Part shown: in pieces, positions 18,578 through 29,100 of the stretch
Layout of the letters: every line of letters starts with the position of its first letter
Position numbering within the stretch: the first letter of the stretch is position 1
Assembly: GCA_040182905.1 (NCBI GenBank)
Contig: JARQWU010000013.1
Location: 1-38,798, forward strand
Origin: Barthelona sp. PAP020
Lineage: Eukaryota
Direction of reading: 5' to 3'
DNA: 38,798 nt
Notes under the pieces: model-generated
Seen by the model: only the letters and a program-made list of their open reading frames with translations
Told to the model about the DNA's origin: nothing
The model's database searches: none
Made by a program: the position numbers and the translations under genes

Positions 18578-19702
18578 ATGCCAATACTTCCCAACCACAT
18601 TGAATTTTATCGATCAATTCCCAAAGCGGCATTACATTGTCATCTTGATGGTTCTGTGAAACCTGAAACTGTTTTAGAATATATTTTAAAATATTCTTTG
18701 ATTGATCAACCACAAACTTTGGATGAAATTAAGGAAATTTTGCACATAAAACCCGATTGTTCATCATTAGCTGAATATTTAAAAGCTTTTGATTTAACTT
18801 TGAGCATTTTACAAACCGCTGATGCCATCGAACAAGTTATTGACGAATTGTTTGAATTTGCGCATAATGATGGTGTGGTACATCTTGAAATAAGATTTGC
18901 TCCTGAATTTCATGTTAAAAAAGATTTAACCATTGAATCAGTTCTTGAAAATGTCACTAATTTTGCCCAAAAATCTGCATTGAAATATGATATGACTTTT
19001 GGAATCATAGTTTGTATAATGAAAGGTTCAGAAGTTTCCAACAGTGTGTCTTTGATTCAACATGCCATTAAATTTAAAGATTCTGGTATTGTGGCTTTTG
19101 ATTTTGCTGGTAAAGAAGATGGTAATCCAATTGGCCCTTATAGAGAAGCCATATCTTTGGCAAAAGAAAATGGATTAAATTTTACTTGCCATGCTGGTGA
19201 AGGTGCCGGTGCTGAATCCGTTGCTGAAGTTTTAGAATATAGCCCCTCTAGAATCGGACACGGTACAAGATCCAACGAAAACCCATTGGTTTTAAAACAC
19301 ATTTTGGAAAACAACATTTGCTTGGAAGCATGCCCCACTTCTAATCTTCAAACAAAAGCTGTGAACAGTATGGATGAAATGCCTTTTGTTCCATATCACT
19401 TGGCTGGTATAGATATTGCGATTTGTACTGATAACACAACAATGTCACAAGTAGATTGGTCTCATGAGTATCAATTGTTGTGTAATCACTTTAAGTTGTC
19501 CCCAATTGATTTGTTGATCATTGTTGACAATGGGTTTAAACATAGTTTTTGTTCTGAAACTGAAAAGAGAAAAAGTCGTTTCAACTCATTTGTCAAAACT
19601 ATTGAAGTTATTAAACAATACAATCTTTGGTCAGGCGATTTGGAAAATTTGATCGTTAACACTGATAGTCTCTCTCCACTTTATAAAGATTTTACGAATT
19701 AA
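18578..19702 (+). CDS. ADA: Adenosine deaminase (amidohydrolase superfamily)
   Basis: PKAALHCHLDGS (HxH metal ligands), EIRFAP, FDFAG, CHAGE, RIGHG, EACPTSN and CTDN motifs. The first in-frame ATG is 18578; the ORF track starts at a TTG at 18569. Confidence 0.92.
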   Translation: MPILPNHIEFYRSIPKAALHCHLDGSVKPETVLEYILKYSLIDQPQTLDEIKEILHIKPDCSSLAEYLKAFDLTLSILQTADAIEQVIDELFEFAHNDGVVHLEIRFAPEFHVKKDLTIESVLENVTNFAQKSALKYDMTFGIIVCIMKGSEVSNSVSLIQHAIKFKDSGIVAFDFAGKEDGNPIGPYREAISLAKENGLNFTCHAGEGAGAESVAEVLEYSPSRIGHGTRSNENPLVLKHILENNICLEACPTSNLQTKAVNSMDEMPFVPYHLAGIDIAICTDNTTMSQVDWSHEYQLLCNHFKLSPIDLLIIVDNGFKHSFCSETEKRKSRFNSFVKTIEVIKQYNLWSGDLENLIVNTDSLSPLYKDFTN

Positions 19703-19829
19703 TTTGTTTTTTAGCAAAAAAAAATTAACCAATGCAATGAGCCTTTACAACAGCAATTCAAAAGAAAACAAAATTAAAGATGAAACGAACTTTGAAAATA
19801 ATAACATGATTCAAATATTTTGTCAAATT

Positions 19830-20429
19830 CTACACTGAACCACGTCGTTTTTCGAACATTCTCTTCAAGTAGAAAATTTCCCAAAAATAAACAGAAATTA
19901 AAACAATTGTCTCCAAAAGTGAATACCAAAGAACACGAGAATTGGTAGATTCAGTAGTACTGCGATGACGACGTTCTCTGGCTTTCATATATTGTTGCTC
20001 TTCAGTGATAGCTCTTAATTCATCACTGAGATTAATAACTGATTGTTCTAAAGGAGTTAAATCACTGTCTTTTGCAAAACCAACCTTTGAATTATCATTA
20101 TTTTCAAGATTAAATTGAACAAGTTTAGGAGTCATTTTTGACATAAAATTACCATAACAGAAACGATATGTACCAGGGGTAACAGCAGTAAAAGAGAATT
20201 TGCCTTCGTGACGACGATCAACAGTATATATTATTGAATCTTCAGGTGACCATACTCTAACATCAATATCCAACAAGCCACCTTTAGTGACCTGAAAATT
20301 TCCGTTAATTTTTGTATTTGCAGCAACATCTTCATAAAAACACTGTTCACGATTTGGTTCAACACGAAACGTTGAGGCTAATATATTTGTAACGAATAGA
20401 GCTAAGAATATCAACAAACTCTTGTTCAT
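19830..20429 (-). CDS. p24/emp24/gp25L family cargo receptor, beta (TMED2-like) subfamily
   Basis: Signal peptide, GOLD domain (EQCFYE..GGLLDIDV..GTYRFCYGN), YMKARERRHRSTTESTNSRVLWYS, transmembrane helix and YLKRMFEKRR tail. Confidence 0.92.
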   Translation of the reverse strand: MNKSLLIFLALFVTNILASTFRVEPNREQCFYEDVAANTKINGNFQVTKGGLLDIDVRVWSPEDSIIYTVDRRHEGKFSFTAVTPGTYRFCYGNFMSKMTPKLVQFNLENNDNSKVGFAKDSDLTPLEQSVINLSDELRAITEEQQYMKARERRHRSTTESTNSRVLWYSLLETIVLISVYFWEIFYLKRMFEKRRGSV

Positions 20430-20576
20430 TTAAACAATGATAGGTTACAAAAAAGAAAAATTATATAAACTAAAAATTGTTCAACGACTAAAAACACGCC
20501 AGAAAATCAAAAGAATAAGGTAAAAATAAACAAATAAACAAAAATTTATAATCGAAACAGAAAAAAGACAAAAATT

Positions 20577-21863
20577 TCATTCCAGCTTCTTCTCCTTTGA
20601 CAATTTGTTTTCATCATCCACAATAAGTGCATTTAGGTCTTCATATGGAACAGAAATTCTTTTAAATAACAGGAAGATGGTGACAAAGTGTGTCAGCAAC
20701 AAAATGACTTGGTTGGCGATTTTGAATGAAAAAGGATGAACAAAAACTGATAACAAAATGTTTTCAGGACCTCTGTAACAAGCATCATAAATATAACAAG
20801 TGAACAAAGTGAGTGCTGTTGGGAAACTGCAACAATAGCATAAGATGGGAACAGACCAGTAATACCAAATCATGAATTGAATATGAATACCTCTGGAACA
20901 AGCATAACCAATAGCATTGGACATCAGGAAAATTAAAACAATATATTGATAATCCAATTTTGAAGCATTTTTTGCAATCAACTTTTGAGAACTTTGCTTA
21001 ACTTTTGGGGTGATTTTTACAAAAAGTCTGACCAAAAGTACAATTGTTAGCAACAACAAAACGTTTCCAAAAAGATCTGCTTCAACAATGGATCTGGGAA
21101 GTAATCTCCAATAGAAATTGTTGTTGTATGTGAATTTTCTCGAAAAATTAAAGGCAGTCCCAATATAACCCCAAAAATTAGCATACAAGAAAGGCAATGC
21201 AGTGACAACTTGTAAAATACCCATCCAACCAAATTGAAGGACAACTTTGAAAAATGGCATGCTGACAAGATAATAAATCAATAATGCTGGGCCAAAAAAG
21301 AGATTATTCATCTTCATACCAACACTGAGAGTGTAGCAAGTTGATGCTCTGAAAAATTTTCTTTCGGTACAGAAATACACGCACAAGATCACTAAAAGAT
21401 TCGAATACACATCATTGGTAACTTTGGCGATAGCCAAATGCCAAGAGTGAAAAGAAAAAAAGGAAACACACAACAAAGAAACCAATTTAGACAACCCACA
21501 TTTTTCTCCAATCTTGACAACATACCAGTGACTCATAATATGGGCTAATCCACCAAAAATTTGTGCTTTGGCATAGCTCCAATCAGTTAGCAAGGCAAAA
21601 ACACCATAAAATACAACGTTTGCGGCAGGATAATATGCAGGACCCAATGGACATTCTATTTTTGTGTAATCCCATTGTCCTTTCAAGAAATTAAGCCCAT
21701 GTAACATATAACAATCCCAATCACAACGATCAACAGATCCAAAATGCTCAAAAAATCGTCTCAATTCAATGAAAATGAAAACAATCAGAAAATTTGATTC
21801 CAATTTTGAAAAAACATCAGAAAATATTGTTTTTGCTTTTTTCTTTAAATCGAAATAAGGCAT
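20577..21863 (-). CDS. ALG3: Dol-P-Man-dependent alpha-1,3-mannosyltransferase, ALG3 family
   Basis: DWDCYM..FLKGQWDYTKI..GPAYYPA, SVGMKMN, AFNFSRKFTY..YWRLLP and CSRGIHIQF..WYYWSVP match ALG3 blocks. Multiple transmembrane segments and a C-terminal KKLE (KKxx) ER-retrieval signal. Confidence 0.85.
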   Translation of the reverse strand: MPYFDLKKKAKTIFSDVFSKLESNFLIVFIFIELRRFFEHFGSVDRCDWDCYMLHGLNFLKGQWDYTKIECPLGPAYYPAANVVFYGVFALLTDWSYAKAQIFGGLAHIMSHWYVVKIGEKCGLSKLVSLLCVSFFSFHSWHLAIAKVTNDVYSNLLVILCVYFCTERKFFRASTCYTLSVGMKMNNLFFGPALLIYYLVSMPFFKVVLQFGWMGILQVVTALPFLYANFWGYIGTAFNFSRKFTYNNNFYWRLLPRSIVEADLFGNVLLLLTIVLLVRLFVKITPKVKQSSQKLIAKNASKLDYQYIVLIFLMSNAIGYACSRGIHIQFMIWYYWSVPILCYCCSFPTALTLFTCYIYDACYRGPENILLSVFVHPFSFKIANQVILLLTHFVTIFLLFKRISVPYEDLNALIVDDENKLSKEKKLE

Positions 21864-21934
21864 CCAAAATCAATTGAGGAAAAAAAAAAAAGCTAATTAA
21901 TTTTTGGCACAACAACTTTTTTTATTGTTGTAAT

Positions 21935-23836
21935 ATGAATACCTCATCCGTGAAAGAAGTATCAAATACTCCAAGTAACAATATAGATGAATTATCTTTT
22001 GAAAATAATTTTGAACTACAATTTATTCGACAGCAATGGGAGTTAAAGAAGAAAGAATTGATGGAAAAGGGGCTAATAATTGCCAAACGCGAGAAAGAAC
22101 GACAATTAGAGTTAACAAATTTGAAAGAAATTCATTTGAAAGAAAAGAAAACACTAGAAGAAGAGATTATTGACTTAAAAGATCGTATTAAAAAATTACA
22201 AGTTGAAAACAATGAATTTCTTCACAAAAATGATGATAAAAAGATTCAAGAGGAGATTTTTGAATTGAAAGATGTTATTCGGAGTTTAAAATTAGAAAAT
22301 AGCGAGTTACTTCAAAAAGAAAATGATGAAAAAATTGAAGAAAAAATATTATATGAATTTGAAACCATGGTTGAAAGTTTAAACGATATTATTAACAAAA
22401 AGGATGAAGAAATTTCAAAATTAAAAGAAAATAAGTTCAATAAAAAGGATGAAATCATTGCTAAAAAGAACGAATTAATTGCCAGACTTGAAAATGATTT
22501 AAAAGATAATTCTTTAATGATCTCAAAATTAACAAAAGAAAATACTTTGTTGAAATCAGAAAATATTGAATTGACAAAAACAAAAGAACAAATTCAAGCA
22601 ACCATTGAAGAATCAACTCATTTTTTAAATGATTTACAAACAAAATTAAAAGATTCTATTGTTAGATTGGGTGATGAAAAAAAACAATCTTTTCAAAGTA
22701 AAGCAACTATTGAGACATTAAACATGCGTATGAAAAAATTAGAGATTCAATTGGAAAAAATACAAACCAACAATGAAGAATTGAGAAGAGAAAATCAAAT
22801 ATTAAGATCTAGAGAAGTGACAATTGAAGAGAATGAGATCGTGATTGCAAAACGTATTAAAAGTGCTAAAGATTTATATAAGAGAGAAATTAATAATCTA
22901 CGCGAGGAAAATATCTTAATCCAACAAGATTCTCAACGTTTGTTATGTGTTTTAGCTTCACTTCCAAGTTGGAAACAAAGTTTGGCCCCATTTGATGAAG
23001 ATACAAGATTAAGGTATTTGTTACCTCCAGCTTCTGAAAAAAGGGTAGCTAAAGTAAGGGTGGGTGATGATAGACCTCTAAATGTACCAGGAAGAGAAAT
23101 GCTATATTGGATTCCAACAAATATCCTTGAATTGGCTGATGTTTGGAGATCGAAATTTTTACCTCGCAATACACCTCCAGATATTTTCAATAATTTGATT
23201 TTGGACATGAATAAACTTTGGAGAGAATGGTGTGACAGAAGAATTAACACTTTAACAAAAAAAAATAAAAGAACAAACTTAAACTTAAAAACCCACCAAC
23301 TATCCCCCATGGATGCATCATATCAAACAGTACATAATCTATCTAATCAATATGAGCTGTATGATAAATTGAATAATAAAGAAAAATATCGATTAACCAC
23401 CTCAGCTATTGGGAACATAATGATGAGAGATCAAGAAATTGCAAAATTATCACATGATATTGTACAATTGAAACAAGAAATAAACAATCGACCAAAAAAC
23501 GAAGAAACTTTTGAAATAATTCAAAAATTAAGAGAATCAAATGAATCAGAACGTGATGAAGGATTTAAGGCTGGAATCTTAAATATTTCAACTCCTATCT
23601 CTGGTTTAACCGAAAAATTTGCTCAAAGATTGGATTCTTTGTCATCAGCTTATCAAAATGAAATTGAAAGATTCAGATCTATTGAATTATTAGATTTGAC
23701 TAACAGTTATATTGGAGATTTAAGCAAATTATCCAAAAATCATCGAGAAAGACTAAGGGAAATCGTCACTCAAGCTTTGGAAAATAGGTTCGATTTTTTA
23801 ACAGAGGATGATTTTGATTCTGATGAATCAATGTAA
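21935..23836 (+). CDS. Uncharacterised long coiled-coil protein (633 aa)
   Basis: E/K/L heptad-rich N-terminal ~330 aa, a Trp/Pro-containing globular-looking middle block, and a helical C-terminus. No family recognised. Confidence 0.8.
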   Translation: MNTSSVKEVSNTPSNNIDELSFENNFELQFIRQQWELKKKELMEKGLIIAKREKERQLELTNLKEIHLKEKKTLEEEIIDLKDRIKKLQVENNEFLHKNDDKKIQEEIFELKDVIRSLKLENSELLQKENDEKIEEKILYEFETMVESLNDIINKKDEEISKLKENKFNKKDEIIAKKNELIARLENDLKDNSLMISKLTKENTLLKSENIELTKTKEQIQATIEESTHFLNDLQTKLKDSIVRLGDEKKQSFQSKATIETLNMRMKKLEIQLEKIQTNNEELRRENQILRSREVTIEENEIVIAKRIKSAKDLYKREINNLREENILIQQDSQRLLCVLASLPSWKQSLAPFDEDTRLRYLLPPASEKRVAKVRVGDDRPLNVPGREMLYWIPTNILELADVWRSKFLPRNTPPDIFNNLILDMNKLWREWCDRRINTLTKKNKRTNLNLKTHQLSPMDASYQTVHNLSNQYELYDKLNNKEKYRLTTSAIGNIMMRDQEIAKLSHDIVQLKQEINNRPKNEETFEIIQKLRESNESERDEGFKAGILNISTPISGLTEKFAQRLDSLSSAYQNEIERFRSIELLDLTNSYIGDLSKLSKNHRERLREIVTQALENRFDFLTEDDFDSDESM

Positions 23837-24114
23837 TAATTATTGTCGTCGGTGTGTAAATAGTTATTTTTTCTTTTTTATTTAAACCTGTGAATTTTTT
23901 TTTTTAAGAATAAGATCCAAAATATTAAAATGCGAACCCATAAAAAAAGGAAATGAGCTCCAACATGTTTAACTTTTTTTTCAAAGTTAAACTTTTTTTT
24001 CTCTATCCTATCAAATATTTAGAAATTTTAGATTCGAAAAATAGGTTATTTATAACTTATATAACAAAACAAACCAATTAGAAAAAAAAGTAATTTAGTG
24101 ATCAAAAAAAGAAA

Positions 24115-25926
24115 ATGGAAAATTACACACCGCTGGGAATGATCGGTGAGGGCACTTATGGATACGTTCTTAAATGTAGACACAATGCAACAGGACAGTT
24201 AGTGGCCATAAAAAAATTTAAAAATATGGACAACAGTAATAGAAGCAAAAAAACCGCGTTAAGAGAAATGAAAATATTAAGTTTTTTACATCATGAGAAT
24301 ATTGTTGAATTATTTGAAATTTTTAAACAAAAACAAAATTATTACCTTGTTATTGAATTGTGTGAAGGAAATCTTTTGATGAAAATGGGTTCTGACCCCA
24401 AAACTGGCAGACAATTGATTAATTATGAGGAAGTTATTTGGTATGCATGGCAAATGTGTGAAGGAATAGCCTATTGTCATGACAGAAACATTATTCATCG
24501 AGATATTAAACCTGAGAATATTTTATTAACTTCACAAGACATTGTTAAAGTGTGCGATTTTGGATTCGCCAGATATCTTTCAAATAATGCAAATGGAAGA
24601 TACACTGATTATGTAGCAACACGATGGTATCGTTCTCCTGAATTGTTGGTTGGTTCAACTGATTATGATACGTCTGTTGATGTTTGGGCAATAGCTTGTC
24701 TAATGTCTGAATTGTATTGTGGTGATCCATTATTTGCTGGTGACAATGATTTAGATCAGCTAGTAAAGATTTCTGCTTTGCTTGGAGAAATTCCTGCGCA
24801 TTTTTTAAGCACATTACGAAATAATTATTATTATAATTCATCTGATTTAACGTGTTTTGAAGTGAAATCCAGTCCAAAGAAAGAATATTCAATCGAAGAA
24901 GTTAAAGACTTTTTGAGATTGGTTCATCCAGACACCCCCGATGAATTCATTGATTTTTTGGCCAAATGTTTGAGATATGAGCCCAATTCAAGATTAACTA
25001 TTGTTGAATGTTTAGAACATCCTTTGTTTTCCATTAGAATGGAAAATTTTAGAGGAAAACTAAAAGAATGCACATCAAAAGATACAAACAAGAAAAAATT
25101 GAAATTTGAATTAAAAAAAGCCAAAGAAGTCAGAAATAATTTACAATTGAAAAAACAAAGTGAAAAAGACCACAATGTACAATTAGAGATTCCAAGCAAT
25201 ACAATAACTTCTCCTTTGACACCCAAAAAAACGTCTACAACCAATAATAGTGATATACCGTTAGAAACTGTTAGAAATGCATCACAATCGTTCTTTCAAT
25301 CATTGAAATCATCAAGAAGAGCAACAAAACCTGTTGAATTAGTTGTTGAACAACAAACTGACACAGCTATCTCTTCAACTTTTTCTTCTCCAAGAAGTAA
25401 CATTTCAAAAGAAGATTCAAACAACATTAAAACAACCATAAATAAAGGCACCAAACACATGTTTAATGAGAAAAAAATAATTCCTCCTTCAAAAAACTCC
25501 TTCAACATGAAAAAACCAACAGGTTTAAATTATTTGGTTTCTAATCCAAACACATTGATAGCGTCAAACTTAACAACAACCACAAATCAAATGAATTCTT
25601 CTATTGCTTCATTAGATAAAGAAGCTTATCTTTTACCCACAAATGTTTCCAAATCAAAGCAAAGAAGAGTAAAAGATGATGAAGTCTCTGTGAGGAAAGG
25701 ATCTATTAATGCTTTAGATGCTCAATTATTAAATGATATGAGATGTAGACGTGTTAAACCAACAAATGTGACGGGTTCAAACGAGTCAACAAAAATTAAT
25801 ACTGGAACAAGAACTTATAATCGCGTAGACATTGGGCACGTCAAACACCATAATTTGATAAGCACAAAAACAAAAAACAATGAAAAATCCAGCATGTTTA
25901 AGTTGAGAAAGAAATTTGGTGTTTAG
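24115..25926 (+). CDS. Cyclin-dependent kinase-like (CDKL family) Ser/Thr kinase
   Basis: MENY..IGEGTYG..VAIKKFK, KKTALRE (KKIALRE-like), HRDIKPEN, CDFGFAR and TDYVATRWYRSPELLVG. Long S/T/N/K-rich tail. Confidence 0.92.
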   Translation: MENYTPLGMIGEGTYGYVLKCRHNATGQLVAIKKFKNMDNSNRSKKTALREMKILSFLHHENIVELFEIFKQKQNYYLVIELCEGNLLMKMGSDPKTGRQLINYEEVIWYAWQMCEGIAYCHDRNIIHRDIKPENILLTSQDIVKVCDFGFARYLSNNANGRYTDYVATRWYRSPELLVGSTDYDTSVDVWAIACLMSELYCGDPLFAGDNDLDQLVKISALLGEIPAHFLSTLRNNYYYNSSDLTCFEVKSSPKKEYSIEEVKDFLRLVHPDTPDEFIDFLAKCLRYEPNSRLTIVECLEHPLFSIRMENFRGKLKECTSKDTNKKKLKFELKKAKEVRNNLQLKKQSEKDHNVQLEIPSNTITSPLTPKKTSTTNNSDIPLETVRNASQSFFQSLKSSRRATKPVELVVEQQTDTAISSTFSSPRSNISKEDSNNIKTTINKGTKHMFNEKKIIPPSKNSFNMKKPTGLNYLVSNPNTLIASNLTTTTNQMNSSIASLDKEAYLLPTNVSKSKQRRVKDDEVSVRKGSINALDAQLLNDMRCRRVKPTNVTGSNESTKINTGTRTYNRVDIGHVKHHNLISTKTKNNEKSSMFKLRKKFGV

Positions 25927-26163
25927 TTTTTTTTTTTTTTTTTTGGCATCATTTTGTAAACCTCTTGATGTTTTTTTTTTTTTGACATTATTTTGTTTTT
26001 ATTGTATTTGTAAAAATATATAAAAATAGATAATTCGCTGTGCAAAAAATCATGTTGATTTTTTCAAGAAATATTTTGAAGAATCTGAAATAAATGACTT
26101 CCATTTTCAATTTTTATGGACAGATTATCTTCCCTTTGATTATTAATATTATGAAGAAAGAAC

Positions 26164-29100
26164 ATGAAAACAGAAAATAGTCATCGGAAATCAATCCTTC
26201 ACGAAAATAAGGAACTATTTCAAGAACAATTGCATTTTTCGAAAATCCTTGTTGAATTCTTGCATTCATTAGAAAAACACTCAACACACAAACACATTTA
26301 TACAGGAAAATATTTTGATCAAAATATTATTTTGAATTTGTCAAATGACTTAAATCAAAATAAAAATATTATTTTATTGTGTTTATCAACACAAGAACAG
26401 TTTTATTTTTTGCCTAAAATATATGGAAAAACATTGTATGATAATAGAAATGGAATTGTTATGGAATACAATGATATTCTATTTTCTGAAGGTTTTTTCA
26501 ATTTAAACAATGCAAATAAATTTTTTGTTTTGAAAAAAATTTGTGTTGGATTATTATTTTGCTGTAAAAAAAATTTGTTTGATTTACATCTCAATTTAAA
26601 GTTTATTGATTTAAAAAATGACATTTTTCCATGTTTAAACAGAATTATATGTGCAAGATATGGAGATGCAAGATATTTAGCTCCTGAGAGATTAAAACCA
26701 AAAGACAAAAGACAAAAAATTGATGAAAGAGCGTTTGTTTGGGAATTTGGAATCCTATTAGTCGAATTATTAACTGGAATAATTCCATATTATAATATAG
26801 AAACACAAAATGACATTATTGAAGAAATAAATGGTGAAAAAGATCCTTATTCAAAAGAATTAATAGCAAATCTTATGTTTAGTGATTTAATCATTCGATG
26901 CTTGAATTTTGATGTGAATGAGAGACCAAAATTACAGGTATTAATCAAATATTTTTCAAAATTACATGCTTTGGAACAGTATCCTGATTTAAGATTCTTT
27001 TACAAGCAAAAATTCAATGCAGAAGAAATTTTTCTTTCTTTTGAACAAGAAGAAGGTTTAATACCCGATAGAATTGATGAATTTGGACGTAATTTACTTC
27101 ATTGGGCCATATTAAATGAGAATTTTGCTTTGATTTCAAAGATCTTAAAGATAAAAGCTATTGATGTCAATAAAGGAGATAACAGAAAACAAACGCCATT
27201 ACATTATGCAATTGAAAAGTGTTTTTTTAAAATTTGTGAGTTATTAATCAATAGTGGTGCTGATATTGAGATTGCTGATGATAGAAACTGTACACCATTT
27301 TACACTGCTTGTTCTTATGGTGATATTTGCATAGTTCGATTATTATTGGAAAATGAAGCAAATATATATCATGTAACGGATAATGAATGGACGCCTCTTT
27401 ATATAGCATGTTTAAAAGGGCACAAAGAAGTTGTTGAATTATTATTAAAGACAAATGATTCGTTATATGCAAGTGAATCTTTAGATCAAGCCTTAAAAGT
27501 GTCAATACAGTTTGGAAGAATTGAAATCATTGAATTATTGATAAATTATGGAGCATTATTGAATATTAATCAGCAGAAACAGCATTTAATTCTTAAAACA
27601 TGTGAAAAATGTAACAGTTATGCTTTAATGTTAATATTAGAGTATTTATGTCAATATATTGATTATTGTGAACCAAATAATCGCAATACGGCATTGCATC
27701 TTGCTATGGAAAAGAATTGTCCTTTTATAGTCAAGTTGTTGTTAAAATACAGATGTAATATGTTTTTACAAAATAAAGAAGGTAATACTGCTTTACACAT
27801 TGGTTGTTACAGTAATAATCTTGAGTGTGTTGAATTATTGGTATTGAATGCTTTAAAATTGGGAAAATTTTTTGATTTAATGGAAATTGCCAATAATAAA
27901 GGTGAAAAACCTAACGATATCATTCTAAAGAATGGACAAATTGATTTTTACAATTATTTTGAGCAAGTTGATGTTAAGTGGTTAAAAAATGCTGAAATAT
28001 TTGATTTTATTGATATTTGTGAAAGTTTTGAAACTTTTGAGAATATTTCCAGTGTTAAAAAAATCAATTTTGATGTGATAGACGATTGTTTGAATGAAAA
28101 TGGAATGTCACCTTTGTTTTATTCATGTTTTACGGATAAACTTTTCATGGTTGAACTTTTTATTAAACATGATTGTGATATTAACTTTCAATTAGTTGAA
28201 AGTGGTTGTAGTTGTTTACATATTGCTTCTTATAAAGGTAATTATGATATATGCAACTATTTATTGAAAAATTCTAAACTACATATTAATTTATGTGATC
28301 ACAAAGGTTTGACAGCATTACATTATTGTTGTTTAGGTAATAAAGTAAAAATATGTGAATTATTGATTGAGAATGGGATAAATATAAATGTTATGAATGA
28401 AGATGGTATTACTGCATTATCTTTAGCATGTGAATATGGATATTTTGAATTAGCAAAGACTTTGATTAATGCTGAAACGACTTGTATCAATTCTATTGAT
28501 CAGAATGATAGATCTCCTCTTGCAATTGCATGTAAAAATGGTTTTACAGATATTGTTGAGATTTTATTAACTAAGATTGAATTATCTTCAATTGATCAAA
28601 AAGATAATCAAGATTATACCGCTTTAATGTATGCAATTGAAAATAATCATTTAGAGATTGCATTATTATTGATTAAACATGGTTGTAGCACACTTAATAT
28701 ATTTTCTACAAAACAAAAGAAGTTGATAAATGAAGATCATAAAGAATTGATTCATGTTTTAATCAATATGAATGATTCCATGTCAAGTCTAAGCCTAAAT
28801 CAATTACAAAACTTTTCCAAAACTTTTTCAACAGGTAAAAATTTTCCACAAACAATATTTGGTTCAGAATCAACTGTATTTAATGGATCATCCAATGGTT
28901 CCAAAGAATTGGATGAAAATGAAAATGGATATGAATATTTAATGGAAAGATTGTTATTTGATAAACCTTTAAGCTTAATAAATGATACTTATGTAATTTC
29001 AACAAATTCTACAGATTGCGTTTCCACCGATTATGGTGAAGTTTGTTTTTCACCAAAAAATAATGAAAAATTTTTAATTTTTGAATCAACTATTGATTCA

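Noticed and set aside
264..24048. TAACC/GGTTA (Myb-like) sites in several spacers
   Set aside because: A 5-mer this AT-rich is expected several times by chance, and no consistent position was seen.
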